From contig NC_020304.1 of the NCBI RefSeq assembly GCF_000341395.1, positions 2,010,001 to 2,042,000 on the forward strand: a DNA stretch of 32,000 bases, in the 5' to 3' direction. The notes under the pieces are model-generated. The model did no database searches. It had not been told where the DNA came from and was given only the letters and a program-made list of their open reading frames with translations. Of this stretch, positions 8,374-17,151 are shown piece after piece; the stretch's first letter is position 1, and the number at the start of each line of letters is the position of its first letter. Both the position numbers and the translations under genes were made by a program. This stretch comes from Desulfocapsa sulfexigens DSM 10523. Its GTDB lineage: Bacteria; Desulfobacterota; Desulfobulbia; Desulfobulbales; Desulfocapsaceae.

Positions 8374-9603
8374 CTATGTCGCACCAACATATTTTGGGCG
8401 CGATTTTGTAGGTTCATGTGTTTTTCTTAATATTGCTGATGAGTAAGCAATAAGTAATCCAAAATAAAATGCCCCGGGTGCCATTAGATGTCCAGAGTAT
8501 ATATTTACTAAAAACAAAATGACATATCCCATAACCAGAGATGGTGTAAACGGATGACGGATCTTATAGCTTTTCAAAACAAGTATTAACATTTTGATAT
8601 GTAGCCATATTAAGAAACTTATCCCCAGCAAACCGAAATCGTGCATCAGCTGAATCCAGTCACTGTGAGCGTATTTTCCGCTCTTATTCATGATCTCACC
8701 GTAGTATATGTATCCCGTGTACCTTTGTACCGATTGAATACCGAAGCCGAATATGATATTCGATGGTTCGCTATGGATCCAATGGCTTATTAGCATTGAG
8801 TACATCCGGTCTCTGCCCGACCCACTGGTATCCTGGAAGCGCGTTTGGATAGCATCCCAGTTTGTGGCTAGAGCATACGAACTGATGATTGTCAGGATTA
8901 TGAGTACTTTGAGTAGTTTGATGAGTTTTCGTATATTACCATGTATTATTATATAAGTTAATCCGTAAGCAAAAAGAGATAAGACAAGGGCAATCATCGC
9001 TCCTCGTTTAACCGTTAGTAAAATTGCGAAGATGGCCAATGCAAAACCAAAATTTTTCAATCGGGATTTTTCTGTCATAAATAATAGTGGAAGGCACCAG
9101 AGTAAAAGATAGGCGCCTGCATTTTGTCCAGCTTCTGTTTCGGGTAATGTCATAAAATAGATGGTAAAGCCTGCACTGATCAAAATTGTTGAAATGATCA
9201 TTTGTTGCAATTTTTTTTTTGAGAAAATACCTGAAAGAGAAAGTCTATAAGCTACCACTGTTGCAATCAACCAAAAGATAATTCTTATGGAATAATACAG
9301 ATTATCTAGAATATTTAGTGAAAGTGCGGAGTAAATGATATTTAGTGCCGCATAGAAAGTTAGAAGATGGCCAAAGGGGAAATTGAATTTTCGGAATTGG
9401 AAACCTGTGCGTAGGAGATAGATAGAAAGCATGGCAAACAGGAGTGCACGAAGGCTCTTACTGAAAGGAAAATCAACCAGGCCGAGATCATAAAGCCAGT
9501 CCGACAAAACAAGTAGCACTACTCCAACATAAAGGTAGCGCATAGTGAAACGATCCGCTAGAAATTGGTAATTTGTTATCCTGTTTTGCTTGGATGTGGA
9601 CAT
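8374..9603 (-). CDS. O-antigen polymerase/ligase family membrane protein (Wzy_C domain), probable repeat-unit polymerase
   Basis: 409 aa, strongly hydrophobic and multi-TM. It has a periplasmic-loop signature YAHSDWIQLMHDFGLLG (H-x-D/N-x..L..G..G, as in the Wzy_C/O-antigen ligase family). It contains an A10 tract at 9211..9220. Confidence 0.75.
   Translation of the reverse strand: MSTSKQNRITNYQFLADRFTMRYLYVGVVLLVLSDWLYDLGLVDFPFSKSLRALLFAMLSIYLLRTGFQFRKFNFPFGHLLTFYAALNIIYSALSLNILDNLYYSIRIIFWLIATVVAYRLSLSGIFSKKKLQQMIISTILISAGFTIYFMTLPETEAGQNAGAYLLLWCLPLLFMTEKSRLKNFGFALAIFAILLTVKRGAMIALVLSLFAYGLTYIIIHGNIRKLIKLLKVLIILTIISSYALATNWDAIQTRFQDTSGSGRDRMYSMLISHWIHSEPSNIIFGFGIQSVQRYTGYIYYGEIMNKSGKYAHSDWIQLMHDFGLLGISFLIWLHIKMLILVLKSYKIRHPFTPSLVMGYVILFLVNIYSGHLMAPGAFYFGLLIAYSSAILRKTHEPTKSRPKYVGAT
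9211..9220 (-). repeat. A10 (coding-strand) homopolymer inside the Wzy_C polymerase gene
   Basis: The plus strand reads gcaa-tttttttttt-gag. The coding strand ttc tca aaa aaa aaa ttg encodes FSKKKL. Confidence 0.9.
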
Positions 9604-9614
9604 TGTTGTCTTAA

Positions 9615-10754
9615 TTAAAAATCTATGTTTTCATTACGCCATAATGTTTCAAGCGCTTCTCTGTGTACTTCACATGTTACTGTATTTTGCTGAAGCATCT
9701 TTGTTTTCTTTCTGTAAAACCAGTCGCTAAAATGTAATTTCTTATTCAGTATTCGTAGTAACCTGTTGTGACCACGAATTCGGCTTGCATGTAAATATTT
9801 TTCTTCTAGACAGGTTTTTAGCCATTTCTTGTGAACTGTTTCTTCGCTAATAATCTCCTTTGAGCGCTGCTCAAATCCGTTAAGACATTTATCGGATTGT
9901 TTCGGTGTCATACGCCTAATCCCAGGTATTGTACATGATTGTAAAAAAGGAATCCATTCTACATGCAAAGTGTTGTCAGGTGCGAAACACAATTTAACCA
10001 ATATGCCCTGCATTACAGATGGTTTGCTCATGGGGCGCGGTTCGAAAATAAGATTACCTTGCCCGTAAACAATTAGGGCTCCTTGGTAATATTCATAACA
10101 GCCGATACAATGTGAGTGCTGGCAAATAACAACACCTGCACCTTCCTCGATTAGAAATCGGCATAACTGCTGAAGACGTGGAGTAGGATATGGATAGTGC
10201 TCTTTGCCACCGTGGACTAATACAGTGAGAAAGTCGTGTTTGTTACGGGTGTGACGCAAAACTCGCACTATCTCAATTATGTCAATAGGATTAGCTCCTC
10301 CCTTGTTTTTTTCCGCGATACTGAATTCATGTTCAGCTATGCCCAAAAAACCGAAACGCTGTCCATTAATTTCATGGACAAAAACTTGGCTGGCGTCTCT
10401 CTGGTTGACACCGGCACCAAAGGAATTGATGCCTGCATTTTTACAGGCAGACAGAGTACTGCGTAATCCTTGCTCGCCATGGTCTAGAATGTGGTTGTTG
10501 GCGAGGTTGACTGCATTAATCCCTATCGAAACAAGTCCTTGGGAACAGTCGCTAGATACTCCCAGACAATTCCCACTTTTTTCAATTGGGCTTTCCCTTT
10601 CAATGAGCGGACATTCAAGATTGAGTACCGTAAAATCGGCTTGCCTGAACACAGGGAGGAGGTCATTAAGGATTGCTTGGGCATCGCCTGTTTGAAACAA
10701 AATCTCGTTAGATCCTACAGGACAGACATCTCCACCAATAAGTATTGTTGTCAT
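9615..10754 (-). CDS. CapA/PGA_cap family protein (metallophosphatase-like; homologue of the poly-gamma-glutamate capsule protein CapA)
   Basis: 379 aa. Motifs: ILIGGDVCP, VLNLECPL, NLANNHILDHGEQGL, GFLGIAEHEF, and LVHGGKEHYPYPTPRLQQLCRFLIEEGAGVVICQHSHCIG (the calcineurin-like H/D/N metal-ligand pattern typical of PGA_cap). Confidence 0.8.
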   Translation of the reverse strand: MTTILIGGDVCPVGSNEILFQTGDAQAILNDLLPVFRQADFTVLNLECPLIERESPIEKSGNCLGVSSDCSQGLVSIGINAVNLANNHILDHGEQGLRSTLSACKNAGINSFGAGVNQRDASQVFVHEINGQRFGFLGIAEHEFSIAEKNKGGANPIDIIEIVRVLRHTRNKHDFLTVLVHGGKEHYPYPTPRLQQLCRFLIEEGAGVVICQHSHCIGCYEYYQGALIVYGQGNLIFEPRPMSKPSVMQGILVKLCFAPDNTLHVEWIPFLQSCTIPGIRRMTPKQSDKCLNGFEQRSKEIISEETVHKKWLKTCLEEKYLHASRIRGHNRLLRILNKKLHFSDWFYRKKTKMLQQNTVTCEVHREALETLWRNENIDF

Positions 10755-10757
10755 GCC

Positions 10758-11789
10758 TTATTTCCTATTACTGCTGTCGTTGTTCTTGTTGATATCTGCC
10801 TGAAACCGGTCTTTTGTAAAGCTATACCAGACAGGGTATCCAAACTGACGTCCGAACCATCCTACTAATAATGCATATATTGTTTTTTGCAAAGTACGCA
10901 AGTTTTGACTCCATCTTATGTCTAGTCGAATATCACATGCCGATATGTCAAATCGAGACGGACTCCCACCTATGTTATGCCTTCCTATTCGGTCTATCTG
11001 TGACATCGTATCACTGTATGGTATGTTAAGGAAAACACAGATTTTTTTTAACTCCCTTCTAGGGGCAACACAAAGGTCTTCGTAGCGTATTTCTAGCTTC
11101 TGGGGGGCAGGGATTTCCTTCAATACAGCCAGTATACTAGAGTTTTTATAGAGCCAAGAAGTGATCCCACGCATAAAACCAATTAAACTGTATGTAGTAC
11201 GACTGTGGTGTCTACGGTTTTTTGAGAAGCTAACTGCTCGTCCATCGCGAATCAGATGGATAACCTTTAGTCGCGGACGGGGAGTTAATAATGTATAGCC
11301 CATTAGTACATTTGGGTTTTTAGATGAATCGACAACTAAGTGGCAACCAGACACATTAAATGCACAAGTCACTATCTCATTTCTAACTATTGCTGTTTGT
11401 AGCTCTTCTTCTAGATTATAGAGCAATCCCATGAGCCAGCGGCGTATTGTGTGGCTAGGGACAGTTAATGCCAAGATTGATAGAAAAACTCCTTTCAGGA
11501 CGTTTGGGTCTTTGGAACTGCACGTTGTGATTTCTGTCCAATCCAGTACCCCTCGTTGCTTTATTTCTGTTTGAATTTTGAACCAAAAGGGGCAAGTGTC
11601 GATATTATCGCCACAAGAACATTTCCATCCCCAGGACCAACCTGGTCCTTTGCGTTTTATATGCGAATCTAGGTGATGAAGCTCCCCTACACTCTGGATC
11701 TGTTTGTGAGCTCCTAGTAATTGATCTAGTAAAGTAGAACCTGAGCGGACATCAGAAGCTATGAAAAGGAGTGTATTTACATCGCCCAT
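10758..11789 (-). CDS. Sulfotransferase family protein (PAPS-dependent)
   Basis: 343 aa. The N-terminal FIASDVRSGSTLLDQLL matches the 5'-PSB loop (xRSGST). VIHLIRDGRAVSFS resembles the 3'-PB region. A Cys cluster CSCGDNIDTCPFW follows the PSB loop. Confidence 0.75.
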   Translation of the reverse strand: MGDVNTLLFIASDVRSGSTLLDQLLGAHKQIQSVGELHHLDSHIKRKGPGWSWGWKCSCGDNIDTCPFWFKIQTEIKQRGVLDWTEITTCSSKDPNVLKGVFLSILALTVPSHTIRRWLMGLLYNLEEELQTAIVRNEIVTCAFNVSGCHLVVDSSKNPNVLMGYTLLTPRPRLKVIHLIRDGRAVSFSKNRRHHSRTTYSLIGFMRGITSWLYKNSSILAVLKEIPAPQKLEIRYEDLCVAPRRELKKICVFLNIPYSDTMSQIDRIGRHNIGGSPSRFDISACDIRLDIRWSQNLRTLQKTIYALLVGWFGRQFGYPVWYSFTKDRFQADINKNNDSSNRK

Positions 11790-11830
11790 ATTGAATCATT
11801 TGGTTTGTATTTAGTAAGATGAAATATGGT

Positions 11831-13132
11831 TTAGAGACATGTGGTTGGTAATTTTTTTATGTATTTTGTTGCTTTTAGAATGTAAACTGTTGCTAAGATA
11901 ACTTCGCCTGCTAACAAAGCTATAGCCGCACCAGTTGCTCCAAAATGTGGTGCTAAGATTAAACAAGCTGTTAACGACACCATACCTGCTGCTAATCTAG
12001 CCGAAAAGAATACTTTGTCTATACGTAGTAAAATTATGAATTGTCCCAAAAGAATATCAAAGACATAGGCTAGCAAACAAATTCCAAATAATCTAAGTAC
12101 CCAATAGCCGTTCGCATACTCAGGGATAAAAAATGTAAGCAGTATCTTTTTCGGAATAACAATTGCGGGCAATGCAATTATACTTACAGCAAGTATAGCA
12201 AAGGCAAGATAGATAACTAAAAAATGGATGATACCCCGTCCAGAGATTGAGCCTGGAGTGGTTTGTCGTGCTAAAATTGGTCTGCCTATTCGCGCAATAT
12301 TTTTCAGGAGCAACGTACCGATACTAAGCAACTGGAAGGAAGCGCCATACACACCTAAGTCAGAAAATCCTGCGGCATGTTTTAACGCTATGCTATTCAA
12401 TGCGGTCAAGGCAAGAGTAGCTAGGCTAGCCATCCACAACCATTTATTACTACTTAATAAAGCAAAAATAGATTTTTTAGTATGTTTTATCGACATGCCT
12501 TTCAGGTTCGGTGTGAGCCGTTTCCATGCATAGTGATATTGTAGAATGAGGAAAAATAAGACAGCAATAGTTAGGGCACCACCAATCAGTTCGAGATTTA
12601 GACGTGCCGGTTCCAAGAACAAAACAGTCCAAATTAGTATAAAGTATATTGTTCTTTCAGCACATGAGTATATAGCATGGCGCCCCTGACATTCCCAGAC
12701 ATCAAAAACGTTGGCTATTTGTAAGGGGCTTAACATTGTTGCTATACAAATCCAAAACATCCCCCAAGAGATATTTAGAATGGAGTCTGGTAGAGTGACC
12801 AGTATAAGCAAGGTGATGCTACAGAGGCAAAACAGCAATCCGCGAATTAACAAACTAACCGTCAATGTTTCATTGAAGCGCCCTGGGTAATGAGTGAGAT
12901 CTCGAATTAGCGAACGATCCATGCCAAAACGGATATTGGCCGCTAGAATGGTGCCAACAGCTATTGCGTATGTAAGCTCACCAAACTTTGCTGCTCCTAG
13001 TGCGTTGGCTATTTTGATAGTCGTGACAAACCCCAGTCCTGCCATGTAAATATTAGAGAACAATAAAATGCTTAGGTTATTCAGTCGTCCGCGTTGTGTT
13101 TTGAATAGTGTTTTTATATAAGCTGTGTGCAT
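11831..13132 (-). CDS. wzx: Oligosaccharide/polysaccharide flippase, Wzx (MOP superfamily)
   Basis: 433 aa, hydrophobic throughout (about 12 TM segments by eye). The N-terminal LLFSNIYMAGLGFVTTIKIANALGAAKFGELTY is typical of Polysacc_synt/Wzx proteins. It sits in a Wzy-type locus. Confidence 0.75.
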   Translation of the reverse strand: MHTAYIKTLFKTQRGRLNNLSILLFSNIYMAGLGFVTTIKIANALGAAKFGELTYAIAVGTILAANIRFGMDRSLIRDLTHYPGRFNETLTVSLLIRGLLFCLCSITLLILVTLPDSILNISWGMFWICIATMLSPLQIANVFDVWECQGRHAIYSCAERTIYFILIWTVLFLEPARLNLELIGGALTIAVLFFLILQYHYAWKRLTPNLKGMSIKHTKKSIFALLSSNKWLWMASLATLALTALNSIALKHAAGFSDLGVYGASFQLLSIGTLLLKNIARIGRPILARQTTPGSISGRGIIHFLVIYLAFAILAVSIIALPAIVIPKKILLTFFIPEYANGYWVLRLFGICLLAYVFDILLGQFIILLRIDKVFFSARLAAGMVSLTACLILAPHFGATGAAIALLAGEVILATVYILKATKYIKKLPTTCL

Positions 13133-13183
13133 TTCTTGCTTATCTGGCAGTTGTTGTATTGCTTGGCGGTCTATAAGTTGTAA

Positions 13184-16100
13184 TTAAAATTTTTTGCATT
13201 TTACTGGAATTTTCTTCCCTTGTCTGTTTAAAGCACCTAATATTTCGTTTGTTTGTAATAGCACTTTAGTTGATTTGTCTTGTTTGTCAGGTATCACAAA
13301 TGGGACAAAATTATCCTCATATCGAACAATATCTGATATTCGTAATACTTGGTAGGTTCCACTTCCGGGGCCAAGGGCTATCCATTCCGGGATGTTTGCC
13401 AAACTAAAATCGTTTGTAGCTTGCTTACCAAGCCTTGAGTGTAGTTTACTTGGGAATGACCATATTCTCTTGTATTTTTTTCCATTTATGAAAATATGGA
13501 AAATTTCTCTTGCATGAGAGTACTTTTGAGCACCATGTTCCTTAGTTGTATCTGTTGTAGCTGTTGCATCCCAAGTAACTGCGATGTGAATCCATTGACC
13601 TTGCTTGGGGAAAAGTCTGGCATGAGTTCCAAATTTTGTTTTGTTTTCTCTTTTTGCATATTTACTGGTACCACATAGGAAATCTAAAAAGGCATAGAAT
13701 CGGTGTCCTTGCCCATAACGATACCTGATTTGGATATCCCCAGCTGAAAGTAGCGGAATGGATAGATCTCGTTTACCTGGGATTAGTAAATCAACAGCTG
13801 ACCAGTCAGGCTTGTAATAAAATTCAATTGTCCCTTTCAATCCGGGGAAGTTTTCATAACTCCCATCTGAAAGGCTCTTTCCTCGAGGAAATCTAATCGT
13901 TTGATCGCCTGTTAATTGTATCCCCTCATTGCTTTTCAATTGTGTTGCTTGGGCAGATGTTGAAGTGTTTTGTGTTCCATATTGATTTGGAAGCTTTGGA
14001 GATGTAGGAAAAAAGTATCTGTCAGGAGACAGGAAAGCGATATAAGGAGTTATGTCTTTGAATTTGACAAATGCCGGATCCTCAGATTGAATTTTCCAGA
14101 GTCCGTTTGTCCCATTTGTTGGGATTGATAAATCGCCATATGTTTTTCCTGTGCTTTCAACTGCTGGTGTTTGGTTACTTTTTGTGATCGTAACTTCTTT
14201 ATTCGCAAAGAGGTTTATGTGGGTAAGCTTACTGTCTACAAAGAAAAAAAACGGTTCATCTTTTTCAAGCCAAAAACCTTCAGGACATTCCAACACAATA
14301 TGCTTTGCATTCGTATTGAGTATGGTGAAATCGCCACGGTTGTCATGTCCGAGCCTGTACGTACCGGCGATATTTGATGCTGGAATTTCCAGGTGGTAGT
14401 AAAATGGGGTTATTCCCGGTACGTCTCGTTGTGCTAAGCGTTTTTCTACTTTTAAGATATGGTGATTTTTTACTGGTTTCTGGTCCGGTCCAAGCAGAAT
14501 AGGGGTTACATGATCTTCCTGGGCGACATTAAAGAGTACCTCAATATTTAGAGCTTGTCCCGGAGACTTCTCAAACACTGCCATTGATACGGAAGTAGAG
14601 TCAAAGACTTTTTTTAGAACAGGGAGTTGCTTGACGATACCTTTGTAATCTTTAAGCCCTTTCATAATTATGGGGAGACTGAGGCAGGCGTGGTAATTGA
14701 AGCTCTGACCATAGTACTCTGGGCTGCCCTTTGAAGACTTTAGTATCTCTTTGTATTGGCTTGTTGATGCTTCCATAGATCTTCGAGCAAGTTGGAGGTA
14801 TTTGTCCTCTCCAGTCATTCTCCACGCCATTGTATAGTACATTCCTGATGCATTTTGGTATGCAATGGGTTTTGCATAGTCCCCTAATTCAAAGCGGTAT
14901 TGGTAATCTATCATTTTTAAAAACCCTTCGCGTGCAAGAGGGGCTTCTGTCAGGCGGTAGTAATCCAGAAGTGCTATGGCATTTCTGCTGATTTTATAAA
15001 GGGGGCCTGGAGGCATGTTAAGGGACACTCCGTTTGGAGAGTTTAGATCTATGATGTCTTCTGCCAGTGAATGTAACTGCTTACCTAGTTCTGGATCCCA
15101 ATTCATTGAGTAGAGCCAGGTCAGGTAACGAAGGGGAACAAATGCTCCTCTTCGAGATTCTGGGGTTTGCAAGAATGAATATTTTTTTACTGCCTCACCG
15201 AAATTCTTTGCAAGTTCCCACATCTCCCAATCACCAGTGAGATAGAACTGTAAGAGATAGTTAGATATATCTGCCCCTGATCCGTCTGGTTTGCCGCTCA
15301 CCCACCTCCAGTAGATGGGGTAGGAGCCAACACCTTCTCCACCTTTTAGGTTTAAGTTGTTGGGTAAGAGTCCGTAAGCAAAACCACCTTTGACTTTCCA
15401 TGATCTGTCTTTATAATTACCGACTGGTCCATAATCCCAGTGGTGCATATTCATGTCACCTGCAAAACGATTGAATTTGGTTCCGTAGTCGAAATATTTC
15501 CTCTCACCCGATCGTGCATAGAGTGTCCAGACATTTTTACGGAGATGATAATCGACCAGGCCACTAATGCGCCACCAGGTTGCATAGTATTCATTTGTTT
15601 CAGGATCTTTGTTGTAACGGGTTGCAGGATTGCTTCCCCATGCGATGTACCCGGTTAATGGGAAAAGATGTTGTGGAACCAATACAGTCTTGTCAAAGAA
15701 ATCAGAGATAAACTTTTCTGCAACGGGAAACTGTTGCGTGTCTTTTGGGAGCATTGGGGGCCCCATTGTACCAGAGTCACAAAGCCATTTGTTACCAGGA
15801 AGAGAGATAACACCTCTGCTTGCTGTGTTGGCTATTGACTCAATTTCTTTAATTGTTTGATTCGCCGTATGTGGTAGAACCCAGAGTGTATGGGTTTTTG
15901 CAGATGCCTGGGCATTGCTTGGTATGGTGAGAACCCCTGATTCTCCGATATCAGCATAATTTGTCCATTTTCCCCAATAGTCTTTGACCAGTGTTTCTGT
16001 CCGAAAATCAAGTTCTTTTCCACCCCTCTCAGACCAGAGGGCCGCTGTAATGCCTGATTTACTCACGGTCAGTTCCTTTGGAAATTGTTCGGCAAGGTCT

Positions 16101-17113
16101 TGGAGTACAATTGTAAGCGATTGTTGAGGCGACCTAAGACTGCACCAGTCTCCACATGCTGTTCCTGATTGTATTGTTGTATCTATAGTATTCTTTCTGT
16201 GAATGAGAGAAAAGTTTGATGATTTTGACATGAAATGAGGGAAATCAGTTTGTGCCATTGATGTCTGCTCATTTTCAGTTACAGGGATCTCTATAACTTG
16301 CCCGGTGTCATGGTTGCTAATGTCAAACAGGGCTGTAGACTGCTCTTGGAGCATGGTTGAAAAATGTATCTGGATATTCTTAAACCAGACCTTGTTGGTA
16401 TCTTCTGTTAAAACAAGTTGGTGGACTATTTTTACATATGGGCTGTTGGCATAGAAATGCATCCAGATAATACCACGTGCAATCTTCTCAGACTTGTTTT
16501 CGGATATGTACCATCCTTCCTTGCGGATGACTGTCCACATAGGCCCTTTTACAAGGAAACTGGTACTGAGTTCACTTGATTTTCCCCCAAAAACAGCTTT
16601 GTTACCTTGATTGTCTATTACTGTTGCACCTTTTCCGCTCTGGTAAAGGATTCTTTTGTTTTGAATAACTGCATTTGTGATTAAGGCATCATCATTATTG
16701 ATGGAAAATGTACCGGCTCCAGTATCGATTGTGACGCCGTGGTTGTCTTCAGTAATGGATATACCATTTATTGTTTGTTCAGTCGGGAAGGTTTCATCTA
16801 TAGTGAGATGGTATTGTTTGCTTTGAAAACCGTGGAAATTTAGAAGCACCCATCTAATGCTCCCATCTAACCATGTAGCTGTCACATCTATTTGACACGG
16901 AACCGCAGTGCCATTTTCTTCTCTTAGGACGAGCTGTTTAATATCGGAAAGGGTTTTTTTGGGGAATGGGACTCCTGTTGCGATTGGCCAGCTTTTTACT
17001 GACTGCTCTGGGTAATTTATTGTAATAGGGATTGATTCTATAGCTGCTGCGTTGTTTGTATATATGCAACAAGAGAAGAGTATGGAGACTAGGATGATGA
17101 TACACTTTTTCAT
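13184..17113 (-). CDS. Large secreted (or lipo-) protein of unknown function with a C-terminal LamG/concanavalin-A-like domain; possibly a polysaccharide-active enzyme
   Basis: 1309 aa. The N-terminal signal peptide is MKKCIIILVSILFSCCIYTNNAAA, with either an SPI site after AAA or a lipobox-like LFSC. The C-terminal ~200 aa show a LamG pattern (GTIEFYYKPDWS, WIHIAVTWD, IFINGKKY, YQVLRISDIVR). The N-terminal WPIATGVPFPKKTL..NGTAVPCQ..WLDGSIRWVLLNF resembles PcRGLX/YetA-type lyase N-domains, from memory only. Confidence 0.6.
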   Translation of the reverse strand: MKKCIIILVSILFSCCIYTNNAAAIESIPITINYPEQSVKSWPIATGVPFPKKTLSDIKQLVLREENGTAVPCQIDVTATWLDGSIRWVLLNFHGFQSKQYHLTIDETFPTEQTINGISITEDNHGVTIDTGAGTFSINNDDALITNAVIQNKRILYQSGKGATVIDNQGNKAVFGGKSSELSTSFLVKGPMWTVIRKEGWYISENKSEKIARGIIWMHFYANSPYVKIVHQLVLTEDTNKVWFKNIQIHFSTMLQEQSTALFDISNHDTGQVIEIPVTENEQTSMAQTDFPHFMSKSSNFSLIHRKNTIDTTIQSGTACGDWCSLRSPQQSLTIVLQDLAEQFPKELTVSKSGITAALWSERGGKELDFRTETLVKDYWGKWTNYADIGESGVLTIPSNAQASAKTHTLWVLPHTANQTIKEIESIANTASRGVISLPGNKWLCDSGTMGPPMLPKDTQQFPVAEKFISDFFDKTVLVPQHLFPLTGYIAWGSNPATRYNKDPETNEYYATWWRISGLVDYHLRKNVWTLYARSGERKYFDYGTKFNRFAGDMNMHHWDYGPVGNYKDRSWKVKGGFAYGLLPNNLNLKGGEGVGSYPIYWRWVSGKPDGSGADISNYLLQFYLTGDWEMWELAKNFGEAVKKYSFLQTPESRRGAFVPLRYLTWLYSMNWDPELGKQLHSLAEDIIDLNSPNGVSLNMPPGPLYKISRNAIALLDYYRLTEAPLAREGFLKMIDYQYRFELGDYAKPIAYQNASGMYYTMAWRMTGEDKYLQLARRSMEASTSQYKEILKSSKGSPEYYGQSFNYHACLSLPIIMKGLKDYKGIVKQLPVLKKVFDSTSVSMAVFEKSPGQALNIEVLFNVAQEDHVTPILLGPDQKPVKNHHILKVEKRLAQRDVPGITPFYYHLEIPASNIAGTYRLGHDNRGDFTILNTNAKHIVLECPEGFWLEKDEPFFFFVDSKLTHINLFANKEVTITKSNQTPAVESTGKTYGDLSIPTNGTNGLWKIQSEDPAFVKFKDITPYIAFLSPDRYFFPTSPKLPNQYGTQNTSTSAQATQLKSNEGIQLTGDQTIRFPRGKSLSDGSYENFPGLKGTIEFYYKPDWSAVDLLIPGKRDLSIPLLSAGDIQIRYRYGQGHRFYAFLDFLCGTSKYAKRENKTKFGTHARLFPKQGQWIHIAVTWDATATTDTTKEHGAQKYSHAREIFHIFINGKKYKRIWSFPSKLHSRLGKQATNDFSLANIPEWIALGPGSGTYQVLRISDIVRYEDNFVPFVIPDKQDKSTKVLLQTNEILGALNRQGKKIPVKCKKF

Positions 17114-17151
17114 GGATAAGTTCTCATCTGCGTATCACACAATGAACAGGG

